A stretch of 54,486 bases of DNA from an uncultured Candidatus Saccharibacteria bacterium (GTDB lineage: Bacteria; Patescibacteriota; Minisyncoccia; Phycocordibacterales; UBA2100): positions 22,430 to 76,915 of the forward strand of contig CAYIDD010000003.1 of assembly GCA_964362175.1 (NCBI GenBank), read 5' to 3'. The notes under the pieces were generated by a model. The model was given only the letters and a program-made list of their open reading frames with translations. It was not told where the DNA came from and did no database searches. The position numbers and the translations under genes are program-made. Every line of letters starts with the position of its first letter. The stretch's first letter is position 1. Shown one piece after another: positions 54,451 through 54,486 of this stretch.

Positions 54451-54486
54451 TGGGCGGTACAGGACTCGAACCTGTGACCTTTCGCG
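54451..54486 (-). tRNA. partial tRNA (3' half only, cut by the window end), identity undetermined
   Basis: The reverse complement shows T-arm acagg-ttcgagt-cctgt, acceptor 3' strand accgccc and discriminator A. Confidence 0.6.

Noticed and set aside
1-54486. A scan for CRISPR arrays, reverse transcriptases (retron/DGR), transposases and rRNA genes.
   Set aside because: By eye I saw no regularly spaced 25-40-bp direct repeats, no YxDD or DDE motifs in any listed ORF, and no rRNA-like sequence.

Overview
This 54.5-kb chromosomal window looks like a small-genome Patescibacteria/CPR (Parcubacteria-like) bacterium; that lineage call is my inference from gene content. The left end is a contig edge with poly-G/(GC)n and a 5'-truncated rsmA.

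Layout:
- A co-directional, translationally coupled type-IV-secretion-like block runs from about 0.76 to 14.1 kb. It contains PrgI/VirB3-like, VirB4, VirB6-like and VirB2-like pilin genes plus several secreted or membrane proteins.
- It abuts the replication-origin core: jag-yidC-rnpA-rpmH on the minus strand and dnaA-dnaN on the plus strand.
- Housekeeping genes follow: a class A PBP, ruvC, yebC, ruvB, pilB, tsaE, polA, a Mur ligase, ruvA, rpsT, PRTase, riboflavin kinase, a RibL-like FAD synthase, ruvX and pilMNO. There are four complete tRNAs and one partial tRNA.

Most interesting region: an ~8.8-kb integrative island sits in the 3' end of tRNA-Lys(UUU), at about 32557-41399.
- The displaced original tRNA terminus (gggcgg-a-CCA) is still visible at 41392-41401.
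- The island carries a large serine recombinase, an AEP primase-polymerase fused to a RecA-like ATPase, and an OmpR-type wHTH protein next to a repeat-rich control region.
- Its cargo block encodes a 3-TM protein, a GHKL/MORC-type ATPase fused to a C-terminal Rx4H (HEPN-like) domain, a small putative PD-(D/E)xK nuclease, and a convergent C5-cytosine methyltransferase. I cannot assign this block to a named defence system.

Other items worth a second look:
- a promoter/terminator-delimited structured ~290-nt intergenic RNA candidate of unassigned class
- two ~95-nt long-stem hairpin elements, one between rpmH and dnaA
- an ~75-110-nt repeat family at tRNA and convergent junctions
- a Doc toxin paired with an Xis-type HTH protein
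- a small secreted protein hidden antisense to a long ORF-track call
- rpmH, which is too short for the ORF track

All calls rest on motif reading by eye. No database search or computation was run.
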